From Pecten maximus (Eukaryota): DNA of 64,000 nt. The notes under the pieces are model-generated. The model was not told the origin of the DNA. It made no database searches and worked only from the letters and a program-made list of their open reading frames with translations. The translations under genes were made by a program, and so were the position numbers. Of the stretch, positions 28,842-41,672 are shown one piece after another (positions within the stretch are counted from its first letter, which is position 1; each line of letters begins with the position of its first letter). Location: the NCBI RefSeq assembly GCF_902652985.1, contig NC_047023.1, forward strand, positions 33,108,001 to 33,172,000, in the 5' to 3' direction.

Positions 28842-31800
28842 ATGAATAATGTTAGAACATATAACTCATCTGTTCGAGTTGGAAATTGGAATGAAGATAT
28901 CCAGTTAGAAGAGGTAATTAATTTGAATATATAGAAGACGACGTATGATACATGTATCCTCGTACATACATAGAGAATACATGGTCAGTGTCTTAAAATA
29001 TAAGCTGTATTTTGGCGAGGGTAAAGAAAGACAAAAGTGGCGAGCCTTGGCGAGCCACTTTTGTCTTTCTGTCCCGAGCCAAAAATACAGCTTATATTTT
29101 AAGACACTGACCATGTATTCTATTTATCCTGCAACATGCATCAAAATAATCATCAAAAATAATTATTTTGAAGTGAAACGGTGTCAAAAATGACAGAAAT
29201 ATATTCGCCTTTTAAACGTAGTTTCACTTTGAAGTAGGTCAGTCGAACTGACGCACCTGCTAAGATTCCAAAATACAGCCGTTTTCCGTCACTGCCGTAT
29301 ACAGCAAAAATATATACGGTGGGTGTATTCCGACAATGCGGTGGCAGTTGCAGGATAAAATATATGCTGACTAGAAGAAACATGTAAACAACTCAAGGAA
29401 TAAATTTCTGGACAAAATTCCGCGTTAGGATCACTCCTCCTTACTCATTATGTACACTGTACAGCATATATTGATATACAAGGTATAAATGTACATCACT
29501 ACATGTGAATCTTGGTTTATGGCCTCAGGGAATCGCCTACAATTAGATAGGAAAGCATCTAATTATGTCGTTATACGAATTGAAACAGAACTGGAAGTCA
29601 GTCAACATACAGTAGATTATATCTATGATATCATAGGAGGTGAGTATACTGTATATAATGTACTATACTGTAGTTAAAACATTAGACTGTTTCCTTCAGT
29701 TAGACTAGTGTTTCCTTCAGTACACTTGTGCCGAGAAAGATTTGAGAAATAACCAACAGTTTGTAATCAATGATGAACTCCTTCACTAATGTTTTGATGT
29801 GGTATATTTGTAAAGGGATATAGTTACAGAAACATTAAAAACAAATATTTTAATATTGAATTATTTGAATTAGATAATGTGACTTCCAGTAGTTTATAAT
29901 TGGTATATAATCAGAAACTAGTCGAAACATGTAAACAACTCAAGGAATAAATTTCTGGACGAAACTCCGTGTTGGGATCACTCCTCATTACCTGGATTTT
30001 TACGTGAGACCTCTGGTATCTTTTAGGATCCACGGCAGTTTTATCAGGATCAGTACCAAACTCTCAACTTATAGGGACATTGTGTCTCCCCCCCCCCCCC
30101 CCCCCCCCCCCATAGCCCGTAGTGTAAATTCTACAGTACAAATGTGGTATTAGGGGTATGTTTTTAAGGCACATATATACTGTATGTAGTTTTACTGAAA
30201 AGTTGACAATTTTCATCTTTTATTTGCAGGATGCTTTGAAAGAATTTCTAGAAAAAAGAGATAGAGGAGAGCTGCCATCTCAGAAGCGCTCCAAACTGAA
30301 AGATTTACTCTTCAAACCGGTAAATAAAATAGCAGAATCATGTTTATTTTCTTAATATAGAAATGTCAAAATGTCATTTTAGTTCAAAGAATATTCAAAA
30401 TGTTTTATATCTAATAAAGTCAAACATTTTCACCAAGGATTGACCACTGCTTACTTGAAGGAATAATAGAAATAACTAATTCCAACTTTTAGCTTTGTCT
30501 GAAATAATTTGTACAAATTCAATGCAAGGTATTAAAGAGATGACATGAACAGGAAATTATTGTGGAGGTTATATAAAATGTAGGATATTCTCCTCATCTT
30601 AATGTATGTAACAGTAGAATGGTAAACTGGTAAGGTGAGATGTATGTTAGAATGGTAAACTGGTAAGGTGAAATGTATGGTAGAATGGTAAATTGGTAAG
30701 GTGAGATGTATGGTAGAATGGTCAACTGGTAAGGTGAGATGTATGGTAGAATGGTAAACTGGTAAGGTGAGATGTATGGTAGAATGGTAAATTGGTTAGG
30801 TGAGATGTATGTTAGAATGGTAAACTGGTAAGGTGAGATGTATGGTAGAATGGTAAACTGGTAAGGTGAGATGTATGGTAGAATGGTAAACTGGTAAGGT
30901 GAGATGTATGGTAGAATGGTAAACTGGTAAGGTGAGATGTATGGTAGAATGGTCAACTGGTAAGGTGAGATGTATGTTAGAATGGTAAACTGGTTAGGTG
31001 AGATGTATGGTAGAATGGTAAACTGGTTAGGTGAGATGTATGGTAGAATGGTAAACTGGTAAGGTGAGATGTATGATAGAATGGTAAAATTGGTAAGATG
31101 AGATGTATGGTAGAATGGTAAATTGGTAAGGTGAGATGTATGGTAGAATGGTCAACTGGTAAGGTGAGATGTATGTTAGAATGGTAAACTGGTAAGGTGA
31201 GATGTATGGTAGAATGGTAAACTGGTAAGGTGAGATGTATGGTAGAATGGTAAACTGGTTAGGTGAGATGTATGGTAGAATGGTAAACTGGTAAGGTGAG
31301 ATGTATGATAGAATGGTAAAATTGGTAAGATGAGATGTATGGTAGAATGGTAAATTGGTAAGTTGAGATGTATGGTAGAATGGTAAACTGGTAAGGTGAG
31401 ATGTATGATAGAATGGTAAAATTGGTAAGGTGAGATGTATGGTAGAATGGTAAATTGGTAAGTTGAGATGTATGGTAGAATGGTAAACTGGTAAGGTGAG
31501 ATGTATGGTAGAATGGTCAACTGGTAAGGTGAGATGTATGGTAGAATGGTAAATTGGTAAGGTGAGATGTATGGTAGAATGGTAAACTGGTAAGGTGAGA
31601 TGTATGGTAGAATGGTCAACTGGTAAGGTGAGATGTATGGTAGAATGGTCAACTGGTAAGGTGAGATGTATGGTAGAGTGGTCAACTGGTAAGGTGAGGG
31701 TAACAGGTTTGTCCCTGTGAAGACACACTGTTCTCTTTCATGTTTCACTGCGGACTGTACAAATATATTAAAACTACAGAAGGACAATGGCATACAGTAT

Positions 31801-34800
31801 TTTTTATGTTCATGTATATATGCTGATAATATGATAAGTAGCAGAAACATCTGATGTGCTAAGGGGGACAACATTTTAAGAAACCCTAAAAAGAAATAAG
31901 ACATTCTACATTTATCATACCTAGTGTATGTATTTCTGTGGGTGTCACTCTTACTTGTTTCAGCAAATCACATGTTTAGGGGTAAATGGTCAGTTCATGT
32001 AACCATATCTTTGAGTGTATTGTATCATTTCGAAAAGATCTGACATTGACATGATTTCAGAGATGTTATATTTGTCACCCATATTGTATCCAGTAGTATT
32101 GGCTATTAGTAGCAGTTAGTATCGGGACACATAATGTTTTCACTTTATAGTCCATTCATTTTGACAAAATTTCAATGATTTTTTATTGAATTTGTTTTCC
32201 AATGGACTTTCTAGAGATTTCATGCTCTTTTACATATAATATTTTTCCTGAAATGGACAAAAGTATGACATTGTTTTGTTCTTTATCCTTAAATACTTGA
32301 TAATACTGTTGCTAAATAATTCTAAAATGTGACATGCAATATATCACTTGAAATCTGGAAAAGCAATACAAATATTATCAGAGGAAAGCAAATAATTCTT
32401 AACATGTTTGTGAAGTTCCAAGCAAATACCAATTCACAAGAATTCATTGAAAATTCTGTCAAAACGAATGAAATATATAAAGAATATTAAGCCTCATTAC
32501 CCAGATCTCTGTGACAAATCTTCCATTTGATTTTATTTCCCTTTGAGATGAATATGCCCCCCCCCCCCCCCAAATTTTCAATTTCAATATTCAATTGTAC
32601 TTTTGTAAAAAAGTTCATTTTACATGTATTATCAAGTTTTGATTTTATTGGCATTTTTCCACAGGTTAGTCTGAGTATATCTAGAGATGGCTATGTCCAC
32701 TACGGAGATATTGTGGCCTTGGAGTGTCTGGGATCACAAGACCGAACCAACTATACAAATGATGGACCACGCAGCACATGCTTTTTGTCAACTACCCCCC
32801 AGGCTAGTAACCTCTTACAAATGAACAAGCTGGAGGGTAATTGTGATGTTTCTGGGAGTACAACATTGGAACCTAATCTCCGTAGCTCGTTTGTCATCAC
32901 AGGGTGAGTGGGTCAGTTTATTGAACATGACAATGTCCATTCTTTGTCATCACAGGGTGAGTGGGTCAGTTTATTGAACATGACAATGTCCATTCTTTGT
33001 CATCACAGGGTGAGTGGGTCAGTTTATTGAACATGACAATGTCCATTCTTTGTCATCACAGGGTGAGTGGGTCAGTGTATTAAACATGACAATGTCCATT
33101 CTTTGTCATCACAGGGTGAGTGGGTCCGTTTATTAAACATGACAATGTCCATTCTTTGTCATCACAGGGCGAGTGAGTCAGTGTATTTAACATGACAATG
33201 TCCATTCTTTGTCATCACAGGGCGAGTGAGTCAGTGTATTTAACATGACAATGTCCATTCTTTGTCATCACAGGGCGAGTGAGTGAGTGTATTTAACATG
33301 ACAATGTCCATTCTTTGTCATCACAGGGTGAGTGGGTCAGTTTATTGAACATGACAATGTCCATTCTTTGTCATCACAGGGTGAGTGGGTCAGTCTATTA
33401 AACATGACAATGTCCATTCTTTGTCATCACAGGGCGAGTGAGTGAGTGTATTTAACATGACAATGTCCATTCTTTGTCATCACAGGGCGAGTGAGTGAGT
33501 GTATTTAACATGACAATGTCCATTCTTTGTCATCACAGGGTGAGTGGGTCAGTTTATTGAACATGACAATGTCCATTCTTTGTCATCACAGGGTGAGTGG
33601 GTCAGTCTATTAAACATGACAATGTCCATTCTTTCCGTATTTAGGATAGAGACTCCTGACCTATTACTTAATTTGGAAAATAAAACGTTAAGTTTTAACT
33701 TAAACTTCTTTATCAAATACTCATATCTTTTAAAGTCCAGTTTTCCACAAGGAAGGCTTCAAATATAGATGTAAGGTACATTTAAAAGTTGGGCAAGAAT
33801 ATGTAGACATGTAAATGTGCTTTTCTGAGGTTTGGACTTTTGAATAAACATAATCTCCCTCAAAGAAGTCTTTATAAAGGTTGGCAAGTATAATACAGTG
33901 TCAAAGAAAAGTATTGATATTTCTGCATGATGCAACTATCTGTTAACATCAAACTACAGAGCCCAATTGCTTGGAATTCATCAGGAACTTAAATTGCCAA
34001 ACAGAACCCTGAGCATAACATGTCTATTTTGGAGATGCTTTGTGTTAAAGTACCCCAGAGGAAGGGCTTTTGAATCATTTCATTTGCAAGGAAAGTCAGA
34101 TTTAGGAATAACTATGTCTAAATGTCAGAGAGAAGGTATAGATGTATTTGTAAGGTACATTGACATTTTAATTTGTAACTGTAGTAAAATACTTTCCTCT
34201 GTGCTGATATTTTATTTCTGGGACCAAAAGAGAGATGGACAAGATCCATGACTAAGAGAAATATTTTTTTTTCAATATTGATTGTAATAAAGTACAGTTC
34301 TATATGTGTTTTTAGAGAATTAAAACTCCTCAAATTTTCACTGTAAAAATCATTAATTTGTCACACTCATTTACAATATCTGATAATTCTCATTTAACAA
34401 TGGAACTAACAGATGAAGAATTCTGACTATTTCGTTATTTGTCCATATTTTACATCTTTTTTTTTGTAGATGTGAACCCCACCAAACCAAAGGCGACAAG
34501 CTTTGCTATGGTCAGGACTTTTTTCTGTGTACTTTGGATGGCGAGGGTGGCAGTGTAAGTAACACATAGGGTTTATACATATGTAGCTTTCCTTTGTTTC
34601 ACTTCTTGTTTATCTTTTTAAGTTCCATGTCTCATTGCCAGCAAAACAGCAGACAAATTTCCTTTTCTCCCCTTGATTTTGTATTTCATATAACTGTATT
34701 GGGATTATCTGATGATTATTTATCTTTCCTCCCCTTAATATTGTATTATACCGGTAGCTGTAGTGGATATGCTATAGATTGTAATTGTCTTTTCTCCCCT

Positions 34801-35983
34801 TAATATTGTATTATACCGGCAACTGTAGTGGATATGCTATAGATTGTAATTGTCTTTTCTCCCCTTGATTTTGTATACATGTCTGTAGTGGGATTTTCTA
34901 AAGTTGATCTTTCATCAATTTTGAACTTAATTAATATAACTTTAATAATGAGATTTGCTATAAATTTTCCTATTGTCACTTTGATTTTGAATTTGCTGTC
35001 ACAGAGTAGTGAGTTTTACCAAATCATAAAACACAGATAGTAGGCATAATGTGTCTCAACTCTATATTATAATATGATACACAAATTGGTGAAATCCCAG
35101 CAAAATCAGAAAGGACAGAATCTTATTGGGTGACCTGTCCTTCCCTATCTACTTACTCATTCTTCTCTGTTGACCTAATTGTTTCTTCTCAATAACCAAG
35201 ACTCTGACTCAATTGTCATGATATAATATTGGGCCTGTATCTTACTTAGAATAAAGGATGATCAAATTTGTTCATTTTAATGACCTTGACCTACTTTTAA
35301 TGTTGTGGGGTTAATTATGTTAAAGTCTTCAAAGAACTTCTCAATACCCAAGAGGTAAACAGTCTGCTTTCAATGAAATATGTCTCCATTCTCTTATCCA
35401 GGTATGATCTTTTGTTTACAGTTATTTCTACAAAGTGACAGAGCAACACTACAGAAGTCTGCTCCCCAGTCTCGTCACCAGGCAGTGACATATGTCCCTA
35501 AACCATCCGCTCTCACAAAATGGAAGATACTTTACTATGATCCACGGATGAGGATGGAGAATGAAGGTCTTCCTGTACCAGTATGTATTACGTCCTCGCT
35601 GATACACTGTAAAAGTTATTTTCAAGATTTTTCACTAGAGAGAATAAGATAACAAAAAAGAAATCTTGAAAATATAATTGATTCATATATGATTATCATA
35701 TATTTTGAATTTTATATGAAAAAAAAGCATTAATTTTATTTCTACTTTTCTACTGTATGTAAACTGGCCAGGCTGTAATAAATATTTATGTAAATAACAA
35801 AAACTATGGATAACACCTGCCTTTTGTAAATATGTCATCCTATCATAGACAATATATTACTTTGAGATATCTTAATTGATTTATTTTATTTCCTTTGTCC
35901 AGGCTAACAACATAGTAATCATGAGCCACACAGTGACCAACCAAGACTTAGCAGTGGAGGAGAACTTCTTGATGAGGTGTGTA

Positions 35984-36015
<32 letters not shown>

Positions 36016-36631
36016 AAAACGTTCTAGAAATCATAGTTAAATAATATGTACCTTTCTCAGTTTTCAACTAATCTCATTGAAATTTGGTAGGCTAAATGAA
36101 AAAACAAAGCAACGGCTAAACTCTTTGTTTATTTGAGAATTTGAATTGGCCAGAGGTCTACAACTCTGACTTTTGTTGTAACCAGTGACCTCTATGAATC
36201 ATGATAGAATTGGTTACACTGACATACCTCTATGATACTTGATAGAATTGGTTACTCTAACTTTATAACTTTTGTTCCGTCCAACACTATTGTTAATAGT
36301 TTTATCTTACTGCTAATCAATATCAGCACCACTTCTCTATTTTATATTGAATTTGTTTTTCGTCCTTTGTCCATTATCTCTTTTTATCAAATGTGTGATT
36401 TTGACTCATTTGTTATTAATCGTAACTTAAGTATAATACTGATTAAACAATGCAGTGTAAATGGTTTGAATTGATTTACATTTCAGAACCCCATTTGGAC
36501 ACAAAGAGTACGAAATTTCTGCCAACACATTTCTAGATTCCCACCGAGCAGAGAAAGATGTTAATCGATGGATGATAATGATGGGTGTTCCCGGAGACGA
36601 GATTCGTCCAATAGTACCCGACTGCAAATAG
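28842..36631 (+). CDS. CFAP161: Cilia- and flagella-associated protein 161 (C15orf26 homolog), 287 aa. Exons 28842-28913, 30230-30319, 32665-32903, 34470-34554, 35422-35580, 35903-35976, 36487-36631
   Basis: Motifs: N-terminal VRTYNSSVRVGNWNEDIQLEEDALKEFLEKRDRGEL; SISRDGYVHYGD; KLCYGQDF; RMENEGLPVPAN; RTPFGHKEYEISANTFLDSHRAEKDVNRW. All junctions GT-AG with consistent phases; 864 nt to TAG. Confidence 0.9.
28974..29362. mobile_element. Foldback non-autonomous element in CFAP161 intron 1
   Basis: 148-bp near-perfect palindrome at 28974-29121, then a second inverted pair: tttatcctgcaac (~29123-29135) and gttgcaggataaa (~29347-29359). Confidence 0.65.
30615..31697. repeat. 33-bp minisatellite (ggtaaggtgagatgtatggtagaatggtaaact), about 33 copies, CFAP161 intron 2
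   Basis: Directly visible tandem units. Confidence 0.95.
32890..33634. repeat. 53-bp tandem repeat x14 containing the CFAP161 exon 3 donor
   Basis: Unit tttgtcatcacagggtgagtgggtcagtttattgaacatgacaatgtccattc; period 53 (32893 to 32946). Confidence 0.95.
35983..36017. repeat. (AAAG)n microsatellite immediately after the CFAP161 exon 6 donor
   Basis: About 8 perfect aaag units. Confidence 0.9.
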
Positions 36632-37839
36632 CATCATCATCGTATCATTGAGAATGAGCAAAACATTTAACAGTGATCACTTTTACACATCAAAAAAACT
36701 CTGGAATACTTTAATGAAGTGCAAATCAGAAAAAACAACAAATATTACACAAGGATGTTTCTCTGCTTTTAACAAAACAAGTGATAAATCTAATGAGAAT
36801 ATAGGTTACCGATATGGAGTGAACTGAGACCTTATGAGTGAAAAATAATTTTTCACCAAATACAGTGTGGATCATGCACAAAGCCTTGCTGTAAATTTTA
36901 GGATTTTCAAAAATCTAAATGCCAAATGAAATGTTTGAATTGAACTGAATACCGACCTGTTTTATGGTACATAACCAGTAAGAGTTAACTTTAATCCTTT
37001 GTAGAAATAGAGATTTGTAAAGAAGTAAGCATGTCTCAGGTATTGCAATCAATCACAATTTAAATTTTTTTTTAGAACACCTAATGAGCATTACAAAGGT
37101 TTCTAAAAACATTGCTGAAAATTTTCCAAAGAATTACTGGTACTGAAATATTATAACGAAACATCGATGTGAGGTATTTTTGATTGTATGCCTGTTTTTA
37201 TGTCATATTCATATGTAAATATTTGTAAAAATGTAAATTAACATATATAAAAAAACATGAATATTCACTGTTTATTTTGTTTTAAGTTTACTTGAGCCCA
37301 TCTGTCTCCAGAGGTTACGTTTCACTCTGCACCCCTGGTATGTGTCAATATTGGCAAAATCTAGCTATTTGATTAGTGTCAGAAAAAAATATTTGCCGAT
37401 TAATTGATACTAGCTTATGCATTTCTTTAGAAGCTTACAGAAGACTGACAACAAAATTCAGTACTTGGTATGACTATCTCTAAATTCATTTGATGTATAT
37501 CAAAGGATCGATCCACCATCCTTTTTGTTTTATCCACATGGTTGTAGTGGCTTATTGGCCTTCTGAATTTTGCCATGAAATAAGAGGTGCTGAGAGCGAA
37601 AGTGAACATAACCCCTGGAGTATCGAGGATAAATTGAGCCATATTACCTGTAACTCTTAAGTATGTATATGAAAAATCAGCGGTCACCAATGAAATCCAT
37701 GTGTTTTACCAATGTTCTCACTGGAAATGATACATTTACGCATTGTAAACACCAGTCTTTTATATGTCCCTGGTACAAGTCACATCAGAAATTTGTTTAC
37801 ATTACAGAAAATAAATGAGCAAAAGATGAACTGCTGTGT

Positions 37840-38150
37840 CAATTTTCCAGGTGTCAAAGCCTATTTGTTAGAGAAACTGCTGTGATGGTTTTCAAGTTTT
37901 TAACACAGAGTTATCAAATGTTAGTTTTCCAGTTTTACACAGAGTTGTCAAAATCAGCTGGTTAGAGAAGCTTAACTGTGACAGTTTTCCAGTTTTACAC
38001 AGAGTTGTCAAAATCAGCTGGTTAGAGAAGCTTAACTGCGACAGTTTTCCAGTTTTACACAGAGTTGTCAAATGAAATTTTTACACAGGGTTGTCAAATG
38101 AAAGTTTTCCAGTTTTACACAGGGTTGTCAAATGAAAGTTTTACAAAAAA
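37840..38150. repeat. 60-bp tandem repeat with shorter derivatives (gttttccagttttacacagagttgtcaaa...)
   Basis: Period 60 at 37924, 37984 and 38044. Confidence 0.8.
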
Positions 38151-39515
38151 AAGTCAAAATCTATCCATTTAAGTTGTTGGTGATCAAATTGGGTAATAGG
38201 CCTGTACTTAAATCATGTAGAACAGTAAAATATTAATTATCATCGTACATGTCATGGCCCCAAAATATCACACCACTGAATCTGATTGAATAGGACATAG
38301 CCATTATTTCAGTTTTTGAAGTCTTAATTTGTTTTCCATACTTGCCTCAAAATGACAAGGGAGATAATTAATTGAATTGCATCAGGGTTCGGGGGCAAGA
38401 TGTTTGCTCAACATCCTGGAGCAATTAATAGAAATATCTCCGTTGTCATTTAATAGAAGGTTTTTGAAAAAAAATACATTTGTATACCCAAATTTCACAA
38501 GAATTTCATGTACATTGTACATACGTCTTGCCTGTCAGGCTTTGTCAGTATACATGTAGTTATAATTAAAGCTTTAAGCAAACTTCAAAATTCGCTAAAA
38601 TTTCAGTATTATTTTATTTATATCGAAAATCTCCACTTGATAGTATGGAAGAACCAACATGTATATACATGTATTAAATACAAGTGTTAATATTGATGCA
38701 TTGCTAAACAAATATCAAATTTTGCAAAATTTTATTATCAAAATTTATACCTAAATACTGCTTGTCATTTTTACCCCAAAAAGCACTCTAAAAAGTGAGA
38801 AGAATATGCATTGAAAGAGGATTGAGACGTCCATTCTGCAATGCAGCTATAAACTGACTGGTTGGAGTAACATGGACAATTTTTGAGAAACAAAGTTGAA
38901 CACAAAATCAAACCCTTTTAAGTCCAGATTCCCAGCATTCCTATGCATCTGAATGATGTTCCCTAAACAAAGGGTGTGTTAAAATGGCCAATATTTAATC
39001 TATTCTACCAAACTTGGTTAAAGTTTGACTCAATGTTTCTGAGCAATCTAAATGCTAAACTTTACAGTGGAATATTGACGCAGCCACCGTCGCTTCCAGA
39101 AAAGTAACACCCGTCTAGCTTGGAGACTTGGTCACAGGTGAGATGTAAACTGTCCTCATCACAAGGGATAAAATATCAACTGTATCAGCATTCTGAGGTA
39201 TGGTAGTAGCTATAATTATTCAATTAATAAAAAACACTGACAAGTAACAAAAAGAATAATCTTTTAATTCTTTGTGAAACATTTAGATGGTTCAAAACTC
39301 ACCAGGAATTTCATTTTCAATTTTCATCAATTGAAATAAATCAACAGATGCATTTTAATCAACTTCCATAAACTTGAGGTATGGTTCGTTTAGTTGGTGA
39401 GTTAAGAAGCTCAGGTTATTATGAGTACAATTATGTGTTAATTACTTATACATTTATGCTTGAGTATACTTGGAGACATAATAATTATGAACACAATTAT
39501 ATATAACAGTAAAGT

Positions 39516-39705
39516 ACATACAAATCTTATATAGATGTACAATGTACAGTGTATATCTGGAAACATACAAATCTTATATAGATGTACAATGTACAGTGTA
39601 TATCTGGAAACATACAAATTTTATATAGATGTACAATGTACAGTGTATGTGGAAACATACAAATATTATATATATGTACAGCATACTGTATATATCTGGA
39701 AACAT
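39516..39705. repeat. 47-bp tandem repeat x4
   Basis: acatacaaatcttatatagatgtacaatgtacagtgtatatctggaa repeated. Confidence 0.85.
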
Positions 39706-40969
39706 TTGAAATAAATTCATTTCAGAAATGTATAATTGGATCATGTTAATTTATCTAGCCTTCACTTAATGAATTTACAAATATCAACAACAAGGAAATG
39801 TATATTCCCATTTAGTAAATTTATACAATTTTTAGTACATTGTAATCAATATATAAAATTTCTTGTTATAGAAATAACGTACAGGAATAACAATAAACGA
39901 TGTACAAATAACATATATTTTTAGAATCCGTTATTTTAAACAAAACATTAATCAAATATTTTGAACTGTCATCTTGAGTCCTGGAGTCGAGACAGGACTC
40001 GAGACAATCTCTGTCATCATCTGGAGTCTGGAGTCGAGACAATTATATGTCTTGAGAGAGACAGATGGAATTATTGTACATAAATCTATATACATGTACT
40101 TCCCAGTAGTATATTATTGGTATCGTAAAGTATTATAGATATATTAAAGATGCTTTCACATCCTAAGTGGCCAACTTTCTTTTAATATATCTTACCAATA
40201 TTTATAATCATATATATAATTATTGAAGTATGATGCACCAGAGCTCTTAAACTCATCAAGGCAGTCTTATTTACACCAAACATAGTAACCTAGCCAAGAA
40301 ATAGGTTCTTGTATATAGGAAAGTCATCTCATTGCTTCCTCCAAATCTTTGTTGTCATTTTTCATTGATTTTGAATAATGAATAGTTATTACTTCGATAA
40401 ATGGTAATAAAATAACCTGTCTACAAATAAAACAATTCATTGCTCGTCACAGAAAATACAGGTGTAATATGGCTTCAATTGGTTATCATTTCCACTCCAA
40501 CCATAAAGTATAAGTTGTAATGCAAGGGGTGATAACGCTCATTAAAATTGAGACATCAGATTGATGAGACATGTCTTATTCTCGTTTTCCCTATCATGCT
40601 TTATATTATAACAAAACAGTTTATCACAAAAGTAGCACACATCACCTGTCTCAGAGTCACCATTCCTGGGTCTCCGAGAAATCCTGAAAACTCAGACAAT
40701 TTGATTCAGACAATAGCATTATCACAGATCTACCTTAATCTTAGAAACTCTTGCGTGAAAACTCTTAGAAGAGTTAATATTTCACATGATAGAAATATAA
40801 TGTATAAAACTGATATACTAGTAGGTAAATATATATCTGATTATATTTTATGTTTACAATGTCTATGAAATAATTGATGTAGGTTTGTTTTTTTCGATGT
40901 TTTTCAACACATGTACATTTTGTATGTGACTATGAGTAAAGCCTCTGTGCATGTCTGTGCATGTCTATG

Positions 40970-41672
40970 CATGTAGCTGTGTACCGCTTGGTAAAGTCCA
41001 CTTAATGTCATGTAGCTGTGTACCGCCTGATGAAGTCCACTTAATGTCATGTAGCTGTGTACCGCCTGGTGAAGTCCACTTAATGTCATGTAGCTGTGTA
41101 CCGCCTGATGAAGTCCACTTAATGTCATGTAGCTGTGTACCGCCTGATGAAGTCCACTTAATGTCATGTAGCTGTGTACCGCCTGGTGAAGTCCACTTAA
41201 TGTCATGTAGCTGTGTACCGCCTGATGAAGTCCACTTAATGTCATGTAGCTGTGTACTGCCTGATGAAGTCCACTTAATGTCATGTAGCTGTGTACCGCC
41301 TGGTGAAGTCCACTTAATGTCATGTAGCTGTGTACCGCCTGGTGAAGTCCACTTAATGTCATGTAGCTGTGTACCGCCTGGTGAAGTCCACTTAATGTCA
41401 TGTAGCTGTGTACTGCCTGATGAAGTCCACTTAATGTCATGTAGCTGTGTACCGCCTGGTGAAGTCCACTTAATGTCATGTAGCTGTGTACCACCTGATG
41501 AAGTCCACTTAATGTCATGTAGCTGTGTACTGCCTGGTGAAGTCCACTTAATGTCACGTAGCTGTGTACTGCCTGGTGAAGTCCACTTAATGTCATGTAG
41601 CTGTGTACCGCCTGATGAAGTCCACTTAATGTCATGTAGCTGTGTACCGCCTGCCCAACTCCACTTAATGTC
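40970..41672. repeat. 39-bp minisatellite x18 (catgtagctgtgtaccgcctgatgaagtccacttaatgt)
   Basis: Highly homogeneous tandem units between the convergent CFAP161 and PDZ gene ends. Confidence 0.95.

Noticed and set aside
30088-30111. Poly-C tract (also 32557-32571)
   Set aside because: Simple homopolymers of uncertain length; no supportable function.
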